64,000 nucleotides of DNA, taken from the IMG/VR virus record IMGVR_UViG_3300014204_000136; one strand, given 5' to 3'. Origin of the DNA: an uncultured virus (IMG/VR IMGVR_UViG_3300014204_000136) (lineage: Duplodnaviria > Heunggongvirae > Uroviricota > Caudoviricetes). The notes under the pieces were generated by a model, which saw nothing but the letters and a program-made list of their open reading frames with translations, did not search any database and was not told where the DNA came from. The translations under genes were made by a program, and so were the position numbers. This document shows positions 1 through 10,991 of this stretch, piece by piece (position 1 is the first letter of the stretch; each line of letters begins with the position of its first letter).

Positions 1-615
1 ACAACCAACAATTGGTTTACCTGTTAATGCTAATATATCAGTTGCATCTGTCCAGGTTGCAGTAACCCTAGAATTAGGATCAGCGTTTACCAGTGCAGCA
101 AAAGCAGCACCAAATACATGGCAGTCAACAACTACATCAGCAGCAACAGCTGTATGACGGAAAGTCTGTCTGAATAAACCAGGATGTTCATATAAATCTT
201 TGTATACTATATGAAGAACATACTCTCTAGCAAGAGTAGGTGTAACACCAGTAAGGTCTGTTGACCATACCTGTTCAGCTTTAGCAGCAGTTGCTTTACC
301 AGAATATACTTTTACATGTCCAGCTTTAATTGGATCTGAAAGTTTAATCTTACGAGCAGCAATGCTTGTACCAGCTTCATTGACAACAGTGAATGTAACA
401 CTATGACCCATTGCGATGTAGATAGTATCTGAATCAGCAATAGTAGCGCCAGGTGCTAATACTTTCATGTTTTTATCAAGAACAACAAGATCACCGTCCT
501 GAAGTGGAGTAGTACCAGCAGTATTTATCATAGCTGCCAGAGTTACACCGCCAAGAATATCGGCATCCCTTGCAACGTCCTTACCAATGAAGAGTTTTAA
601 AGGTTTTGTAATCAT
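1..615 (-). CDS. crAss-like structural (auxiliary capsid-type) protein, partial (runs off window)
   Basis: ATG at 615 opens MITKPLKLFIGKDVARDADILGG... with no stop seen to position 1; not in ORF track; downstream of MCP in the capsid module. Confidence 0.65.
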   Translation of the reverse strand, partial: MITKPLKLFIGKDVARDADILGGVTLAAMINTAGTTPLQDGDLVVLDKNMKVLAPGATIADSDTIYIAMGHSVTFTVVNEAGTSIAARKIKLSDPIKAGHVKVYSGKATAAKAEQVWSTDLTGVTPTLAREYVLHIVYKDLYEHPGLFRQTFRHTAVAADVVVDCHVFGAAFAALVNADPNSRVTATWTDATDILALTGKPIVGC

Positions 616-639
616 TTTTATTATTTATTAAAATTAATA

Positions 640-1356
640 TTACTCCATTTCAGATACCTTAATCGGGTATGACTGAATACGGGGTGATTCTATACTCTCA
701 AGTGCAATATTGACAGCGAGTTTTACTAACTCTGAATGGACGTGAGTTGGGAAGTCCGGACTCTCAGTACCAAGCAATGTACCGAATGAGGTGGGCTGCT
801 TTATATACCTAATTACATAATTAAGTACACTATAAGTACCATCTGATATTAGTTCAACTATATCTCCCTTAGTTATCCTAAGAGGGGCTGCTGTATTATA
901 ATGCAATAAGTGTGGAGATAATGGATCATGTACTTTCATTATATAGTTATTTGCAGTACATTCCGTAATTGGTTGGATCTTGTTCACACTCGCATGTGAG
1001 ATCCTATCCGTATAAGTAATTGTACATTCTTCGCCTACAGTGTACATGTATAGGTCTGTGGTAAGATCAGTCAAATCTGCTATATAGCAATTTGGCTTTT
1101 CAGATAAAGTACCTGGATCTATTACTGTAGGTAGAGTTGCCTCTACCACCAGTAATCTAAGATCATCCATCCTTTTTTGATTCTGTTCAAAAGAAGTGCC
1201 TGCTGAATTATTACCAGTTACTATAGTCTTTATCTTCTGCTCTTGTGCCCTATCAAAAAAATAAGCCTTCTCTGCATCAGTAAAGTTAGGGTATTGTAAT
1301 GAATCGATTTTATCTAATTCAATATTAAACGCTGTATAGCACTCGTTTTTAGTCAT
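640..1356 (-). CDS. crAss-like head-tail ring/adaptor structural protein
   Basis: 238 aa; FNIELDK...FEQNQKRMDDLRLL...YIKQP...HSELVKLAV pattern typical of crAss ring proteins; synteny. Confidence 0.6.
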   Translation of the reverse strand: MTKNECYTAFNIELDKIDSLQYPNFTDAEKAYFFDRAQEQKIKTIVTGNNSAGTSFEQNQKRMDDLRLLVVEATLPTVIDPGTLSEKPNCYIADLTDLTTDLYMYTVGEECTITYTDRISHASVNKIQPITECTANNYIMKVHDPLSPHLLHYNTAAPLRITKGDIVELISDGTYSVLNYVIRYIKQPTSFGTLLGTESPDFPTHVHSELVKLAVNIALESIESPRIQSYPIKVSEME

Positions 1357-2209
1357 TGGTTTCTTCTTTTTTCGTTACCTTTTTTGTGGGTTTGATATCA
1401 TTTTCTGATATTAAAGATTTAGAAACTTGTTCGTCAGATGCCTCATTTTCCATATATACATCCTTAGTTTGACATGATTTTGCTATAGTCAACCTAATAT
1501 CCTGATTTAAAGGATTTGATAAATAGTCAAGAGTATCCTGAAGATTATGACCTATGATCTCTGAACCATATCTGTAAACGGTCTTATTCTTAGTAATAAC
1601 GTTTTTGGATATTGCTGTTTCTACAAGAACCTCAATTTCACGGGATTTATTGTCTACCCATTTGTCAAGAAATTTCTTTGGATTAGCTTCAACTAAATTA
1701 TACAATTTATTCTCAGCAACCTCAGAAGACATACTTTCTGCATTGTAACCTAATATACGCAAAGCCTTCCTGATTTCAGTAGGACTTAACTTATCGAATT
1801 CCCTAATAGCAGTACGTTTAAGTCTGTTAACACTATTCTCAACCTTAGCCTCTTCATCCTTATTAATAATTACAAAGTTAGCCGAGGGATTATTATCCAA
1901 TAGTGATTTCTTAACCTGTTTGTGATTCTTTAAAAACAGATACTTCAGTTCATCCATAGGATCATCAGTATCTAAAATAATATCATTTGTCGAGGTCCTA
2001 ATGAAAAAATTAATCCAAAAAGGATTATCGTTAGACCTACGTAAATCGACACCTAATAGTGCCCCTAATCTTTTTTCATCTTCCAGTGTCAACCCTGTAT
2101 AGAGTGCACCAGACCTTGTGAAATATGGTCCAAGGTCATCATGACAACCTTTATATTTGCGTATACCTGACCAATTACCTCTGCCCAATGGGCGCAATAT
2201 AACTCTCAT
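1349..2209 (-). CDS. conserved crAss-like capsid-module protein downstream of MCP
   Basis: 286 aa; TGLTLEDEKRL, PFW and LDTDDPMDELKYLFL motifs; synteny. Confidence 0.6.
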   Translation of the reverse strand: MRVILRPLGRGNWSGIRKYKGCHDDLGPYFTRSGALYTGLTLEDEKRLGALLGVDLRRSNDNPFWINFFIRTSTNDIILDTDDPMDELKYLFLKNHKQVKKSLLDNNPSANFVIINKDEEAKVENSVNRLKRTAIREFDKLSPTEIRKALRILGYNAESMSSEVAENKLYNLVEANPKKFLDKWVDNKSREIEVLVETAISKNVITKNKTVYRYGSEIIGHNLQDTLDYLSNPLNQDIRLTIAKSCQTKDVYMENEASDEQVSKSLISENDIKPTKKVTKKEETND

Positions 2210-2231
2210 TATAGTTATAGATTTAAGTTAA

Positions 2232-2266
2232 AAATAAAGAGAGGCGGAGTAGTTTAAACCCCGCCA
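2232..2266 (-). terminator. intrinsic terminator after MCP
   Basis: minus strand GGCGGGGT-loop-ACTCCGCC followed by TCTCTTTATTTT. Confidence 0.6.
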
Positions 2267-2280
2267 CCCCTAATTATTTA

Positions 2281-3759
2281 TTATTCTGCATCGCAGTATA
2301 AGATACCACTTGTAGTAGGATCTGCAAGCATAATACCCTGTTCAGTTAAGAAGTGAACTGAGTATCCGTCTTTTGCATTCGAACGAAGTGTATCAATAGA
2401 CTTAGCGTGTCCCTGATTTGGAGCTACAGAACCAGATGTATGCCATACAACTAATTCACGATCCTTACGAACAACTTTACGCAGGTTAGGTTCACCATCT
2501 CTCATTCCAGCATCAAGAATAATCATCTTGTAGGATTCGAGTGGCTTGCCTGATACTGGATGTAACTTACGATTATGAATCGTGTCATCGAGTATTGGTA
2601 AGTGTTTCAATGTCAGAGAGATACCATTAAGTCCTCTGTATGTGGTAAACTGTCCACCAAGTTCAAGGTTCTGACCTGAACCAGATACGAAGAACGAATG
2701 ATCCATGAATGTATACCCAGATGCCTTATCCCTAAGAACACGGTCAAACTCACGAAGAGCCATTTCCCCACCAAGAGCAATGAAATTACGATCACCAAAA
2801 CCACGAATATTATAGGTAAGATCTGACAGGAAACTGTCGAGGATCTCAAGGGTTAAGGTTGTGTAAGATCTCTTATTTGAAGGAGAAATCTGTTCTAATA
2901 GACCAGCACCAATACGAACTGGACGACCGTTAGTACCTTTAAGTCTAACTGTTCCATCTTCGGCCATATTGTATTTAGAGTATACCTGCCATCTATCTAG
3001 ACGTTCATACCACTGACGCCAAGCAGTCCATTCCTGATAAACAGACCAATATTTAGTTTCTTTCTTTGTTTTGGGATCTCTAAGAGAGATAACCATAACA
3101 GATGAAAAAGCATCACCACTTATGTCATAAGAAGCACGAATAATGCTAATCTGATTCCTCATTTTGAAAGGAGTCTGAGCATTAAAGATATCTGCTTCAT
3201 CTGACCATTCTTCATATGCTGAAGCTAAGCGGCTAACTCTACAACCAGGAAGAAGAAGTGAAGGCGGGGTAAAAGATTCATCTTTACCGTCAGCGCAAAC
3301 CAAGGTATAAACATAATCATTACCATCCATATAAGGTTCGCCGATTACTCTAGCCTGATAGTCGTTATCGTCAAATTCTACGATAGCTCCTGGTCCAAAC
3401 CATTTCTCAGCAGTCCATATTTGGTAGGTTGAATTAGCCATACCCGGCATTACACTAAGGTCGCTAGATGTAATCTCAGAACCATTATAAACTGCACGTT
3501 TGATAAGTATTGCCTTATCATGTTCAATCATGACATCCCATTCGTATGTAGGTCCTTCAACTGTAATAGTTCTACCCATACCGTTTGTGATATAGTCAAG
3601 AACGTTAGTGTTGTCAAAACGACCAAACATATATGAAATGACAGGAGAGATTTTTTCAGGTGCAGTTAACAGCAACCTTGATAATTCATCTTCACTATTT
3701 AGATCTGAGGTCCACTTTGTTTTGTAGATCTGCAGATTGTTAAGAATACCGTCAATCAT
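2281..3759 (-). CDS. major capsid protein
   Basis: 492 aa; crAss MCP-like motifs (GAGLLEQI, LGGQFTTYRGLNG, HPVSGKPLES, DGYSVH); downstream of portal/scaffold. Confidence 0.9.
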   Translation of the reverse strand: MIDGILNNLQIYKTKWTSDLNSEDELSRLLLTAPEKISPVISYMFGRFDNTNVLDYITNGMGRTITVEGPTYEWDVMIEHDKAILIKRAVYNGSEITSSDLSVMPGMANSTYQIWTAEKWFGPGAIVEFDDNDYQARVIGEPYMDGNDYVYTLVCADGKDESFTPPSLLLPGCRVSRLASAYEEWSDEADIFNAQTPFKMRNQISIIRASYDISGDAFSSVMVISLRDPKTKKETKYWSVYQEWTAWRQWYERLDRWQVYSKYNMAEDGTVRLKGTNGRPVRIGAGLLEQISPSNKRSYTTLTLEILDSFLSDLTYNIRGFGDRNFIALGGEMALREFDRVLRDKASGYTFMDHSFFVSGSGQNLELGGQFTTYRGLNGISLTLKHLPILDDTIHNRKLHPVSGKPLESYKMIILDAGMRDGEPNLRKVVRKDRELVVWHTSGSVAPNQGHAKSIDTLRSNAKDGYSVHFLTEQGIMLADPTTSGILYCDAE

Positions 3760-3784
3760 TTAAATTAAAATTTTTATTTATTTG

Positions 3785-4960
3785 TTATTTGTTTAGTAAC
3801 AAAGAACTTAAATCGCTAAGCGGTGAAGATGAAGCTCTGCCAAAACTTGTATTGCCTCCCGCACTACTTTTGCCTTTTCCTGCTTTAAGCTTATTCCTTA
3901 CATCCTTGTAAGCATCATTAGCTCCTTGTTTTTTACTTTCAGTAATTAATTTATTAGAGAACTTCTTGAGAAAAGCGCGTTCTATTAAATTTTCTACTTG
4001 TGCTTTTGGATCTTGAAGATCTTTTTGCATTTGACTTAGACCGTTACGATCTTGTTTGAATATATAATCAAGTACTTCTTTCTTTTGATCTTTTGATACT
4101 TCAACTCCAAGAATAGACTTTGATTGCTCTACAGTATTATATACTGTATCAACAAATGCTTGTTTCGCCTTTTGCTGGTCTAGACTAAACTTTTCTTGTT
4201 CTGCTAATAGCTTTTTTGCCTTTTTATCCCTGGCTTCTTTTACCAAATCTAAGGCTTCTTCGGCCTCATCTTTAAGTACACCAGCGTCTTCATAGCGTTC
4301 TATTGCTTTCTCTATCCTATCCTTTTTATAGTTAGCATTAGATAGGTGTTCACGAAGAATTGCTTTTTGGTCATGTTCACTTTCAAGATCTATATTATCA
4401 ATATCTATTGTACCAACAATTATATCTTTATAATAGTCTTTTAGATTACCACCATCTTCTACAAATTTATTTAGAGATTCTATCTCCTCATTAGCAAATG
4501 TAGGTTTAGAATTTTCCTTGATAACATCTACCATTAGACTAATAACATCTTCTAATTTCTTAGCCTCAAAGTCTTCTGGTAAATCTATATCTAATTTCTT
4601 TGCCAAATCATCAGCAAAGTATTTACTTACAGATTCTTCATATTCATTTAATTCCTCGGAATCTTCCTCTTCTTCTTCCTCAGTCTCTTCTTCTTCCTCT
4701 TCGGAATCTTCTTCAACTTTTGGAGTTTTAACCTTAGGTGGTTTGATATCCTCTAGATCGGGATCATCAACTTCAACTTTAGGTTTCTTTACTTTCTTTC
4801 CTGGAGTAACATCGTCATCATCTATATTATCTATAACAACGGCATCATCGTCAGCATCGTCCTTAAACTTTGCGATTTCCTCAGTACCTCTATCGTCGTT
4901 CCTAACAAGCATTGACGAGATGGCATCAAATCCTCCGAATAGGTTTGTTTTATCACTCAT
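3785..4960 (-). CDS. acidic scaffold-like protein
   Basis: 391 aa, very acidic N-half and helical C-half, between portal and MCP. Confidence 0.65.
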   Translation of the reverse strand: MSDKTNLFGGFDAISSMLVRNDDRGTEEIAKFKDDADDDAVVIDNIDDDDVTPGKKVKKPKVEVDDPDLEDIKPPKVKTPKVEEDSEEEEEETEEEEEEDSEELNEYEESVSKYFADDLAKKLDIDLPEDFEAKKLEDVISLMVDVIKENSKPTFANEEIESLNKFVEDGGNLKDYYKDIIVGTIDIDNIDLESEHDQKAILREHLSNANYKKDRIEKAIERYEDAGVLKDEAEEALDLVKEARDKKAKKLLAEQEKFSLDQQKAKQAFVDTVYNTVEQSKSILGVEVSKDQKKEVLDYIFKQDRNGLSQMQKDLQDPKAQVENLIERAFLKKFSNKLITESKKQGANDAYKDVRNKLKAGKGKSSAGGNTSFGRASSSPLSDLSSLLLNK

Positions 4961-4962
4961 AA

Positions 4963-7344
4963 TTATTTACTATTTGCGGGTTTTTTATTTGCTTGCTTTC
5001 TTTGTATAGCAAGTTTTTGTTCATTCTGTTTTTCCGTAACCTTGTTTTTACGTTCAACTTCCTTCTGTGCACGTTCTGCTAATCTTGCATCACGTTCTAT
5101 TTTAACTTTGTCTAATGATTGTTTATCTTTCTGTAACTCCAATTTTAACCTCTCCATATCATTATTACCTTCCTCTGGTACTGGAGTTTCCTCATTACCT
5201 TGCATAGAAGCTATTAATAATGACGTCTCTGCTTGACGAATAGAGTCTTCTTCTTTAATCCTAAGATCTTCAAGTTTAAGATTATATTCATCTTCATTCT
5301 TTTGCTGTTCTATCTCAGCTTGTCTCTCTGCCATTGCCTGCTCTTGTTCTGCCTGTGCCTGCATCTGTTTCTGTCTATTCTCTTCAATTTCTGATAATTT
5401 ATTCTTTACCATACTCATGTTGTTATTAGTAAGAATCTCTGCAGCATCCACAAGTGTAGCACCATTCTGCATAGCAGCCTGTAATAATGACCTGAGTGAC
5501 TGTATATTCTGAGCATCTTTTGTAGCATCCGTTACAAATATATCAAGATCAGCAAATATAAAATCATCAGAAATATTTATAAAAGTACGTGAACCATCTG
5601 ACAATATAAATTGAATTGACTTATTATCTGAGTTTGCATAACAATATTGTGCAACATTTATAAGTGTATTAAAACACCTCATCTTGCACTGATTATGTAT
5701 CCAGAATATTGGTTCTGTAATATGAGAAGACTGTTGTACAGATCTCTCAACATTACCAACTAATTCACGTTGTCCTATTGAACCTTCACGTTGTTTAGTT
5801 ACACCTACGATCTCACCAATCATCTCTTCAATCTTTTCTAACAAATTAACATAACTGTCAATTGTCCTAATTGTAGATAGATCCTGTGCAGATATAGCAT
5901 TGTAGCCAGCCATTTTACCACCTTCACGACCAGGTACATCCCAACCTTCTTCATATGGGTTTATAAAATTTATACCCAAAGCATTGAGATAATGTAACCA
6001 TTTATCAATATCAATACCATATTTCTTAGGTATCTGTGTGATATCCATATTAAGTATAGCACCCTTATCTTTGGCAATAGCCAATTCTATTCTATAGAAT
6101 ATAACCATGTATAGATACTGAAGAGGTTTCATCAATTCTATCATGGATTTACCATATGAGTTTGTAGCATTATATACTACACCTGTATAAGGTAATCTGT
6201 TGTCATTAAGAGTTTCTAAAGACTGATGCTGATAAGGAATAGGTCTAGCTACATATAGATCTTCACCTATCTTATAACCTTCCCATATCTCAGTTATCCA
6301 TTCCCATTCAATCTTATCATCTGGTGTTTCTTCGTATGATTCATCAACTAATATAGTCTTAATAGAACCATCTTCTTGAGGTACCTTTAGGAAACCCAAT
6401 TTAGTAAATGAACGCCACGTAACATGATGACAATACAATTCATCTGAAGGTGAATCTTTCTTTGTCTCACCCATGAACCTATTAGCAAGATTTGTGTCCC
6501 ATCTAATACCACCTTGTTCTATTGAACTCTTTGAACTAGAGTCAGAACCCCTATTACCTATCATACGAAGCATTTGATCTAAGTCATCCTCGGTCAGTAT
6601 ATCACTTAACCGATTGTGCAACCCATAAGGAGACATATAAAAATCCCTGCGAAACCAATTCTTCTGATCAATAAAGTCTGTAGTAGAATCTATATCAAAA
6701 TCACAATCTCGTGGATCTACTCTCTCAAATACTGGTTTACCAGCAATGACACCCTCATAGTATATCTCCATCCTAGCAGCAATAATATCAAAGAATCCTT
6801 TTAAGAATTCATTTGGCATATTGAGTTTCTGTTTAAGATATTGTAGAATATTAAAGGCTGTCTCTTCAGCTGTGGTTTTATAATTAAACCTCATATATTT
6901 CTGAACATCCTGTATTGTTGCTGGATATTCATCACCTCTAAGTGTAGAATTTAGAACATCTATTAACCGTTTCTTATACTCTTCTTGAGTCTGTGAAACA
7001 GCATCATAATTGGTCTGTACAACTTTTTCATCAGATCCACGTTTAGATTCTTCACCAAGAATAAGGTCTACTTTTGGTCTAATCCTATTATACATCTGCA
7101 TGTTAGCTGGAAAAGTATCCCCAACATCAAATGGATCTGTTACGTATTTAAAATCATTTTTGTCAAATTCAGAATCATATAACCCATAGGCTATATCCAT
7201 TCTTTCATATCTATTGTGCTTACTGTCACCACCACCTACACCTACTCGACCAATGAAGTAGTCAATGGTTTCCTGTTGCCACTTTTTATCCTTTTGTTTT
7301 AGTGACACTTTTTGGTTTGGTAAACCCTGTGGGTTACTTGCCAT
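4963..7344 (-). CDS. portal protein
   Basis: 793 aa; directly after terminase; YNRIRPKVDLILGEE, LPYTG, GVTKQREG motifs; coiled-coil C-terminus. Confidence 0.9.
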   Translation of the reverse strand: MASNPQGLPNQKVSLKQKDKKWQQETIDYFIGRVGVGGGDSKHNRYERMDIAYGLYDSEFDKNDFKYVTDPFDVGDTFPANMQMYNRIRPKVDLILGEESKRGSDEKVVQTNYDAVSQTQEEYKKRLIDVLNSTLRGDEYPATIQDVQKYMRFNYKTTAEETAFNILQYLKQKLNMPNEFLKGFFDIIAARMEIYYEGVIAGKPVFERVDPRDCDFDIDSTTDFIDQKNWFRRDFYMSPYGLHNRLSDILTEDDLDQMLRMIGNRGSDSSSKSSIEQGGIRWDTNLANRFMGETKKDSPSDELYCHHVTWRSFTKLGFLKVPQEDGSIKTILVDESYEETPDDKIEWEWITEIWEGYKIGEDLYVARPIPYQHQSLETLNDNRLPYTGVVYNATNSYGKSMIELMKPLQYLYMVIFYRIELAIAKDKGAILNMDITQIPKKYGIDIDKWLHYLNALGINFINPYEEGWDVPGREGGKMAGYNAISAQDLSTIRTIDSYVNLLEKIEEMIGEIVGVTKQREGSIGQRELVGNVERSVQQSSHITEPIFWIHNQCKMRCFNTLINVAQYCYANSDNKSIQFILSDGSRTFINISDDFIFADLDIFVTDATKDAQNIQSLRSLLQAAMQNGATLVDAAEILTNNNMSMVKNKLSEIEENRQKQMQAQAEQEQAMAERQAEIEQQKNEDEYNLKLEDLRIKEEDSIRQAETSLLIASMQGNEETPVPEEGNNDMERLKLELQKDKQSLDKVKIERDARLAERAQKEVERKNKVTEKQNEQKLAIQRKQANKKPANSK

Positions 7345-9355
7345 ATCTATTATTATAATTTGGTACTTTATTTAAAAATAATGGTTTTGGGAATAAGTAC
7401 ATACTCACTCTTTCTTCGTCTGTTAGTTTCTTTGTACTAATATTATATAATTCTTCCCTATATAATAAACATAAACCAAAAGCGATAACTCTATCAAAGT
7501 TACCATGATTTGGATCATATGCTATAAGTTCTTCTAATAATGGTTCTGAGTTAATCTTTAATAGACTCTTCTTACCTGGTTCATATTCAAATCTAAGATA
7601 TTTATTAATCAAACCATCATCATATTGTTTTATCTGTACATTCATGTGAGTACCCTTACCCCTACTCACAGACATATCTTTAACAATATCTTTTAATTTT
7701 GTAGGTTGATCTGCTAGTAAATACTCACAATGTTTATTGGCAAAGTAAGTAAACAAACCTTTCTTTTCATTTTCATATAATAGTGTAGCACTATAATACA
7801 TTACTAACATCCTAACTATTTCATAAAAACTATCTGCAGATTCAGGTCTACCAGTATATTCTGCAACAAGTGTATCACTCCAGGTATCCATTGCAAATAT
7901 ACGTTTAAATATAAATACAGAACCTAATGAATCAGTTTGAGATGAATCATGGTCGTATGGGTCGCACCCACCTATGTATAAACCCCATGGTGGATCTTTA
8001 ATAGGATGTTCCCATATTACTACGGCACCCTCTTTACTATCACCAGCCTGTAACTTATATTTAGTCAAATCTTTTAATGTAGGATCTTGTTCAAATTTAA
8101 CAAATCCTTTTGAATCAAAATATAGTGAACCAACCTGTTTAATACCCTTTATTGATTCTGAATTCCTGATATCAGCTAGGTGCCTAATCATATCTTTTTT
8201 AGGAAATATATTAGTACTTATATTTAATGTGGCCTCACCAGGTGTTAATGGTTGTTCACAAATATGTCTATCTATAGATGACTTATCTGAAGCATGTTCT
8301 ATAATCTTCTCACGTTCTGCAAGTATAAATGCAGTAGATGCTTCGAAGTCTGTATTACCATCTGAGTCCATAAACTGTTTCATATTGGCAGACTGTGGTA
8401 TAAAGAAACCACCCTCAGTATCCTGGGCACCTTCGTCCCATATATTTCTTAATGGTAAACAGTTGTATGCTATTGGTTCATACCATAATGATTTCAAACC
8501 AGTATAGTCGGCCTCTTGAGTACCACCAGTACCAAAGGCTATCATCAAACCAAATGCTTCACCATCCTCTTCAACAGATGGCCTAGCTACCTGCCACGCT
8601 GTTTTAAGATTTGGGAATTTACCAGCCTCTTCAAATAATATAAGTTTCGCTCGTTTACCACGTGCTTTCTGAGGGTCATTATTAAGAGATACCCCCATTA
8701 TCTCTGACTTATATCCTTGCTCTGTTGGTACACCATTTACCATTTCTATAAAGGATGCACGTCTATATAGAGTACTATTCTTAACCTGCCTATGTTTGAA
8801 CCATGCTGTATTATTGTCCAGAAAGTCCATCATATCCCAAGCCTTAGATAGTATACCGTCCTTTGATAAGAACTCAGTACCAGATGCAATTGCTACTGAT
8901 AGAGACTCCCTAAACATATAGAAGTTCCTTACTAGCATAGATGCTCCCTTAAAGGAATATCCCTTACCACGAGCCTTAATAACGGCTAAGTGACAATGGT
9001 TCTGTTCAGCTAATTCTACTGCCTCATAATATGCCCTATCATAATCCCAGAAATTAGGGAATGATTCAACACGCTCCTTCTTTCGTATTACCTTACCAGT
9101 TGGCATTTTTATCTCTACATCTTTAACTAGGATAATCCTAGAATAATTTAAATAGAAATAGAAATAACCTGGAATCCAATCACCATCCTCTGCTGTGAAA
9201 CCATGCTTACAATATTCTGACTCCTGAGACCAGTGTTGCATATATTCTGTAGTTCCTGGTGGAGCAAATAAATATGTATTATGTTTCTCAAAGAATAAGG
9301 CTGGTTGCCTAAACTTATCTGAATCTATTGTCTTTTTTAATGGTACCTCAAACAT
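7334..9355 (-). CDS. terL: terminase large subunit
   Basis: 673 aa; Walker A KARGKGYS, Walker B LILFEEAG, FGTGG coupling motif, nuclease GCDPYD and GNFDRV. Confidence 0.95.
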   Translation of the reverse strand: MFEVPLKKTIDSDKFRQPALFFEKHNTYLFAPPGTTEYMQHWSQESEYCKHGFTAEDGDWIPGYFYFYLNYSRIILVKDVEIKMPTGKVIRKKERVESFPNFWDYDRAYYEAVELAEQNHCHLAVIKARGKGYSFKGASMLVRNFYMFRESLSVAIASGTEFLSKDGILSKAWDMMDFLDNNTAWFKHRQVKNSTLYRRASFIEMVNGVPTEQGYKSEIMGVSLNNDPQKARGKRAKLILFEEAGKFPNLKTAWQVARPSVEEDGEAFGLMIAFGTGGTQEADYTGLKSLWYEPIAYNCLPLRNIWDEGAQDTEGGFFIPQSANMKQFMDSDGNTDFEASTAFILAEREKIIEHASDKSSIDRHICEQPLTPGEATLNISTNIFPKKDMIRHLADIRNSESIKGIKQVGSLYFDSKGFVKFEQDPTLKDLTKYKLQAGDSKEGAVVIWEHPIKDPPWGLYIGGCDPYDHDSSQTDSLGSVFIFKRIFAMDTWSDTLVAEYTGRPESADSFYEIVRMLVMYYSATLLYENEKKGLFTYFANKHCEYLLADQPTKLKDIVKDMSVSRGKGTHMNVQIKQYDDGLINKYLRFEYEPGKKSLLKINSEPLLEELIAYDPNHGNFDRVIAFGLCLLYREELYNISTKKLTDEERVSMYLFPKPLFLNKVPNYNNRYGK

Positions 9356-9358
9356 ATA

Positions 9359-9898
9359 TTATCTTTCAAATGCGCCTATACCTGTGCCTCCACGAACAGA
9401 TCCTCTCTCCATCTGTTCCTTCTCAACTTTCTCTTTTATTGACTCTAGTGAACCAACTATATCACCTATATCTTTCATAGTATCTCGTACTTCTTTTATA
9501 GTGTATATTGGTTTGCCATATGAGTCCCTTAAGTTAAGGTCAACATTATTTAAATAATCAGTCATCTTATCGCAACAATCCATTGATGCTTGTAGCAACC
9601 TTAATATAGGAGAACTCTGCAACTCTATATATTTCTTTGTTGCTGCCTGTATTTGTTCATCTGGTTGCCACTTTGAATCTTTAAAACAGTCCTGAATTAT
9701 TCTGTGTTCCCTATCATTAGCAGAGTATGCTAAATAAGGTGACCTAAAATCATATAGAAAAACGATGTATGATATTTCATTCACCGCTTTCTCTTTATAT
9801 TTTGATTTGTCTCGCTCCCATAGATCACGAAACTCTGGAATCCACAATATAGTGGGATTCATAACTACTTTACCTGCTACAATGTCGAACAATTTCAT
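9359..9898 (-). CDS. conserved crAss protein, possible terminase small subunit
   Basis: 179 aa directly upstream of TerL; RDKSKYK, SPY and C-terminal RGG motifs. Confidence 0.5.
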   Translation of the reverse strand: MKLFDIVAGKVVMNPTILWIPEFRDLWERDKSKYKEKAVNEISYIVFLYDFRSPYLAYSANDREHRIIQDCFKDSKWQPDEQIQAATKKYIELQSSPILRLLQASMDCCDKMTDYLNNVDLNLRDSYGKPIYTIKEVRDTMKDIGDIVGSLESIKEKVEKEQMERGSVRGGTGIGAFER

Positions 9899-9938
9899 AC
9901 TTAATATACCTTATATTATATAATAATAGTTTCATACG

Positions 9939-10331
9939 TTATATATTTTGTTTTAAAACTAAGCCTTTCTCATAGATATCATCTATAAATCTTATCTTCT
10001 TGCCACTGAAATGATGTCGCAATGAAGATTGGAACTCTTCCTCTGTAGATACATCATAACCAAACTCGGCAACTAAACCTTTAAAATCTTCGTAGTGTCT
10101 ATATATATAAGAAAACTTCCTACTACGTTCTTTAGACTTTTTGGACTTCAATACGAAGCAACCAAAATACCTAATACGTATAGGACGTTCATCATTATCG
10201 TCTTCCATGACACGTTTGGAAAACAGCAAAGGGTGGTATGCTATTTTGCGTATCACCCTGTCTTCTTTCATCGTTAACAGACCGATTGTATGTATCAGAT
10301 TATCCTGCCACTTCTGTTTTGTTAATAACAT
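9939..10331 (-). CDS. HU/IHF-like DNA-binding protein
   Basis: PIRIRYFGCFVLK resembles the HU/IHF IxGFGTF arm motif. Confidence 0.55.
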   Translation of the reverse strand: MLLTKQKWQDNLIHTIGLLTMKEDRVIRKIAYHPLLFSKRVMEDDNDERPIRIRYFGCFVLKSKKSKERSRKFSYIYRHYEDFKGLVAEFGYDVSTEEEFQSSLRHHFSGKKIRFIDDIYEKGLVLKQNI

Positions 10332-10453
10332 CCTTTTTCATAATTTTTTTAATTACTTTAACATCTTCTTTTATGTCATATAATCTATAAGCCATTGTAA
10401 AGAATGTAAACATTATAATTGTATCTATTAATATTAATATAAAATCTCCCATA

Positions 10454-10816
10454 TTATTTATTTATATTATTCCATTCTTTTATTAATATAGTCATATAGT
10501 CTTTCCCCCAGTCATCACACTCTTTTGTTGATTTTTTACAACAAGGACATTCTAATTTATAGTAGTCTACCCAACTACCGCACATTCCACTATGTTCTTC
10601 TCTTTTAATTAAGTTGGGTTTTACATCACACATAGTACAATAAGATATTTTATCATATTGCATATCTATACCATTTGCCTTACATAATTTACATATATAA
10701 TCTATTACATTATCTATTTGTATATATTTGCCAGTATCACTTCCAATTAATTTTGGATATAATTCCTGTAGATCCTCTTCTATTTGTTTTAAATATAACA
10801 TATTATTCCATATCAC
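10454..10816 (-). CDS. hypothetical protein with Zn-finger-like CxxC pairs
   Basis: CTMC and CPCC motifs. Confidence 0.5.
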   Translation of the reverse strand: MIWNNMLYLKQIEEDLQELYPKLIGSDTGKYIQIDNVIDYICKLCKANGIDMQYDKISYCTMCDVKPNLIKREEHSGMCGSWVDYYKLECPCCKKSTKECDDWGKDYMTILIKEWNNINK

Positions 10817-10991
10817 AAATTAATTCTCCAGAACGAGTTGGTTCTGTTAATGCAATTCCTAATCTACTAAGTCCACAATCAAAGTTTACAAAATTATGTC
10901 TTCTCCAAAATTCCTTAGAATCAACTGGAACTTCAAATATCCATTTATAGGCATCTTCTGTTGAAAGACTTATACATTTTTCTCTAGTCAT
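10803..10991 (-). CDS. hypothetical protein
   Basis: 62 aa, overlaps both neighbours as in an operon. Confidence 0.45.
   Translation of the reverse strand: MTREKCISLSTEDAYKWIFEVPVDSKEFWRRHNFVNFDCGLSRLGIALTEPTRSGELICDME

Noticed and set aside
4518..8507. Antisense ORFs in the track (4518-5009, 5042-5236, 6616-6804, 7974-8507 and similar ones elsewhere)
   Set aside because: Shadow frames opposite well-supported genes, with low-complexity S/F/L composition
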